NCBI GenBank assembly: GCA_028534125.1
Contig: CM052818.1
Coordinates: forward strand, 46,006,001-46,070,000
Source: Lama glama
Lineage: Eukaryota
DNA length: 64,000 nt
Direction of reading: 5' to 3'
Of this stretch, positions 60,637 to 64,000 are shown in pieces. The translations under genes and the position numbers were made by a program. The notes under the pieces were generated by a model. It saw only the letters and a program-made list of their open reading frames with translations. It was not told the DNA's origin and ran no database searches. Position 1 is the stretch's first letter, and each line of letters begins with the position of its first letter.

Positions 60637-63600
60637 GTGAGTCTGCGGTTGGCCGGGCGGCGGGAGCCGGGGAGTAGGGCGTTTGGGACCCAGAGGCCCC
60701 TTTGTGTGCGGCCTTTCATTAGAATTTCACGGGGGCCGGGACGGAACGGGAGCCGGGGCTTGCCTAATTGTCCGTCGACGTAGAGAGTTTGAGACTGTTA
60801 GCCTTGGCCTCCTTAATGTGTTATTTCGGTTCTTGAGATCAAGGAGCTGCTTTTTTTCCCCCAGCAGTAAGTAGATTTTTCCTAGATGCTGGTTGCTGCC
60901 ACATCACATAACTTTGAAACATGCTAGTGGGTTTGTACAAGGCTGAAAATCGTTTTTGAGTTTACTGAGGAGGTCTGGGAACCTTTTATACACGTATTTA
61001 ATCAATTTCTAGGCTTCTGGTTTCATTTGAAAGAAGGTACTGTCACCTTTTCTATAGACAACGTGTGTAAGCCGGTTTTCCTCCCAAACCTAGTAATGGA
61101 AATTTACTTCGAAAATCTGAAGAGATACTTCGTCTTTAAAGGATGTCTTTTGAGCTTTTTTCTTGTTAAAAACAAGGAAGGGAGAGTTCGTGAAAAAGGC
61201 TGAGCTAAATCAAAAGAATAAAATGTCCTGGTAAATTTCAGTATTTGATAACATTTCTTTGCTATTACATAGCTCCACTTAAACACTAATGTGTTGAAAT
61301 GAGTTCATATCTGATGTGAAAGCAAGGAAAGCTTTCCAGGTTTTGACCTGTCTAGTCTGAGCACGGTGGCTATTGGGTGGAGTAGGGTGACTGCTGTGAT
61401 TCACCCTTGTTAGTGAGAGTGAACATTTTTAGCTTTGTCATTGTATGGATCTTTTGATCAGTAAGATAAGGTTTTAAAATTTAAATACCAGGATTATCTC
61501 CCGGAGTATTTTAATACTGCAAAGAGTCTTTTCTGTGTTAAAATGTGAAATACCTGATGTGGTTGTCTTTTTAAAGTGCCATTCTGACAAGGGGCCTTCT
61601 GATTTTTGATGTGTTTGTTCCGTGTTGTATTTCAGGTGGGCTTTGAAAGAAAGCATGCTAGATTGATGATTTTTCAAGAGAGAATAGGGGGGAAATGCCT
61701 CTTTCTCTTGCAGCCTTTGTCTTTCTTGCTCCATCAGATTCGTGAAGCAGTATTTTTTTTTCTTTCACCTATTCCTGTATAGATAACAGGTGATCTGAAC
61801 AGTTTTCCAGTACAGATAACACGTGATCTGAACAAAATCATGGCTGATGGAGAGAGCTGGTTTAAAAGCACAAAGAAAGCAATGCAGAGAGTGTAAGAAG
61901 TAGAGAAAACTTTATTGAGATTACTTACTTTATGTAGGCGAGACTCTGTTCATCTGTGTCTTAGCTTCCACTACCTGCCTAGCATAGAGGAGGTACTTAG
62001 AGAAGCTTTTTGAACTAGAATTGCTTGTATTCAAAAAATTTGCTACTTGAAAGTGATGGTATACTTCAGTCACATATGGTAATGGTTATTGACAACATCC
62101 ATTCTGTTATCAAGGAAGACTCAAAAGAACTCCATAGGTTACGGAGAAGCTTTTCTATACGTGTGTTATGTTGGGGTGCTCTCATAGCGTATTTCAGTCT
62201 CTTTTTCTGTTCTGTTACTACTTTACAGTTTGTTACTTACCTTGCAGCAATTCAGAATTACTACAGAATTTTTCTGGTTCTCTGACAAGTTAGCTGGGAA
62301 TGTTTTTTATTTTGTGGCCCTTAAAAATTTCAGTTTTTATGATGGCGTAAGTGGAGGAGTTTGCTTAATTGATAAGTGACTTAAAAGAGGGATCAGGTAT
62401 ATTACAGTAGACTTTCCAAACAGATCATTTCAGTAGGAGAGAACCCCTGAAATTAGGATAGGGTTTAAAAAATACTATATGTCTATATATACACACACGT
62501 ATATACTGAGTGAAATAGAAGAGTTAAACTTGATTAATTAGACACCAAGGCATAAATAAAATATTTTTATTAGTAAAATGGCTTAAGAAACTAATTGTGA
62601 CTTAATGCCATGTGTAGGGCATTGTGCTAAGCAGCACGGGGAAGAACAAAGCTGAGAACCATAGGTTTTGTCCTCCAGTAATTTACGATAAGGAGTGAGT
62701 ATGAGAAATATGCGAATATAAGTGATATATAATTCCCTTAAGATGGTCATAAACAAAGTGCTGTGTAGTTCAGTGGAAACAGAAACCTCAGGAAAGGGTT
62801 CACAAAGGGTGTCTTTTAGAATGAGCATTGAGGGAGGAGAATTTGGGGGTTGAGGGTATCAATATTCCAAGCAGAAGGAATATACAGGACAGACCTAATT
62901 CATGGAGGTTTCTGTGTGAAGAGCAGAATATGTGTAGAGCTGTTGAGGAGAAAAGCCTGTAATGGAAGGTAGGGACTATATAAGAGAATGTCAGAAGGAA
63001 TTTTCTTCGTTTGAATGACAGTGGGGAAGGCATTGAAGGTTTTTGAATGGTGTGCCTGTGGCAGCATCTAGAATTCATGGTTTTAGTGCTGATTACCAGT
63101 TTGTAATCTGAACTGATAAGTGATAGACTAGTGAACCAGAGTCTGATAATTGGTAAAATAGTGATTTAATAAGAAGTCTATCAAAATAATGGGGAAAGAA
63201 GAATGAAATCTAAAGTTGCTGAACATAAATGCTAAAGCTAGTTTTTTTTCCTTTTTTTTTTTCCCCCCCTTTTGGTGAACAAGAAGGAGAATTTGGTATG
63301 GAGGTAGTAGGTGAAACTGACTTGTTATATAGCTACTAAAAGAGTAACATGGATACTGCAGAATTTTGGTCTTTAATAGCCAAAGATTCTCAACCTCTTT
63401 CCCTTTCATAGAGTAGATTGAGGCTGAAATTATTTGAAACATTTACTCAAAATGAACATGGTGGACAACTCTTAACCCTTTTTATAATCACTGTTTTGAA
63501 AGAGGTTACTGAGGCAGTAAAAAATGTCAAAATATGAAAAAGTAGTATAAAGAGCAAAGGAGATTAACAGGACCCAAATGACCAAGACCAAAATCTTAGT

Positions 63601-64000
63601 AGAATTTGAGAGAAATTAAAGAAGATATCACCAAGTTATGTCTGTCTCTCTGTCATTTGTGAAACCAGAGGGTTGGGCTAAAATTTCCAAGTCTCTTCCA
63701 GTTCAGGTATTTTGAAACTATAAAGTTATATGGTCTTAGTCATTGTACTTGTGCTCTGACTTCCAGCTGTAAAATGAGTAGTTTTTAAAATCCAGGTCGA
63801 AGATATGTCATCAGTTTAAAAAATGTTGAAAAACGAATGACCTTAGTGAAATGTCTTATGGAAATGATGATGCAGAAGTCATTGGTGATCCTACAAGAAG
63901 TGTTGGAAATAGCAAAGCTTAAGTGAAAAGATTAGTAAGTCGTATGACAACCAGGCGGTGTCTACAACCATGAATAGGGTGTTTAAGAATTGTTAAGAAC

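Larger units (their letters stand above)
59330..60790. promoter_or_regulatory. CpG island / YWHAQ promoter, probably bidirectional
   Basis: Very high GC and CpG density relative to the CpG-depleted flanks. GC boxes (CCCCGCCCC ~59647; GGGAGGCGGGAC ~59703), inverted CCAAT (CTGATTGG ~59682), YY1-like CCATTTTG at 60022-60029 in intron 1. Confidence 0.92.

Noticed and set aside
60343..60783. 14-3-3 theta processed pseudogene
   Set aside because: Coding similarity stops at a canonical donor after codon 98, and a CpG island plus upstream intron are present, so this is the parent gene.
1..64000. CRISPR arrays, operons or other prokaryotic/viral systems
   Set aside because: The sequence is mammalian; no regularly spaced repeat-spacer array and no long intronless ORFs were seen.

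Overview
Mammalian genomic DNA, most likely a camelid (several copies of a short tRNA-derived SINE resembling camelid Vic-1, plus cetartiodactyl-type L1 3' ends). It has two 500-N scaffold gaps. The only clearly recognisable intact gene is the 5' end of YWHAQ (14-3-3 theta) on the + strand: a CpG-island promoter, non-coding exon 1 (ends 59876), first coding exon 60279-60636 (ATG 60343), then intron. The upstream ~59 kb looks intergenic and repeat-rich (MIR, L2, L1, MaLR/ERV LTRs, hAT elements, microsatellites). Read by eye, however, the - strand carries a colinear series of about 20 exon-like segments with plausible splice acceptors/donors, often compatible phases and RGS-box-like peptide motifs. 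The series starts ~75 bp from an RFX X-box in the YWHAQ CpG island and runs to the left end of the window. I interpret this as a large head-to-head RGS22/RGSL1-like gene that has decayed into an unprocessed (possibly unitary) pseudogene with many stops and frameshifts. The family assignment rests on manual comparison with remembered RGS22/RGSL1 motifs, not on a database search. Repeat family names are likewise recognised by eye.
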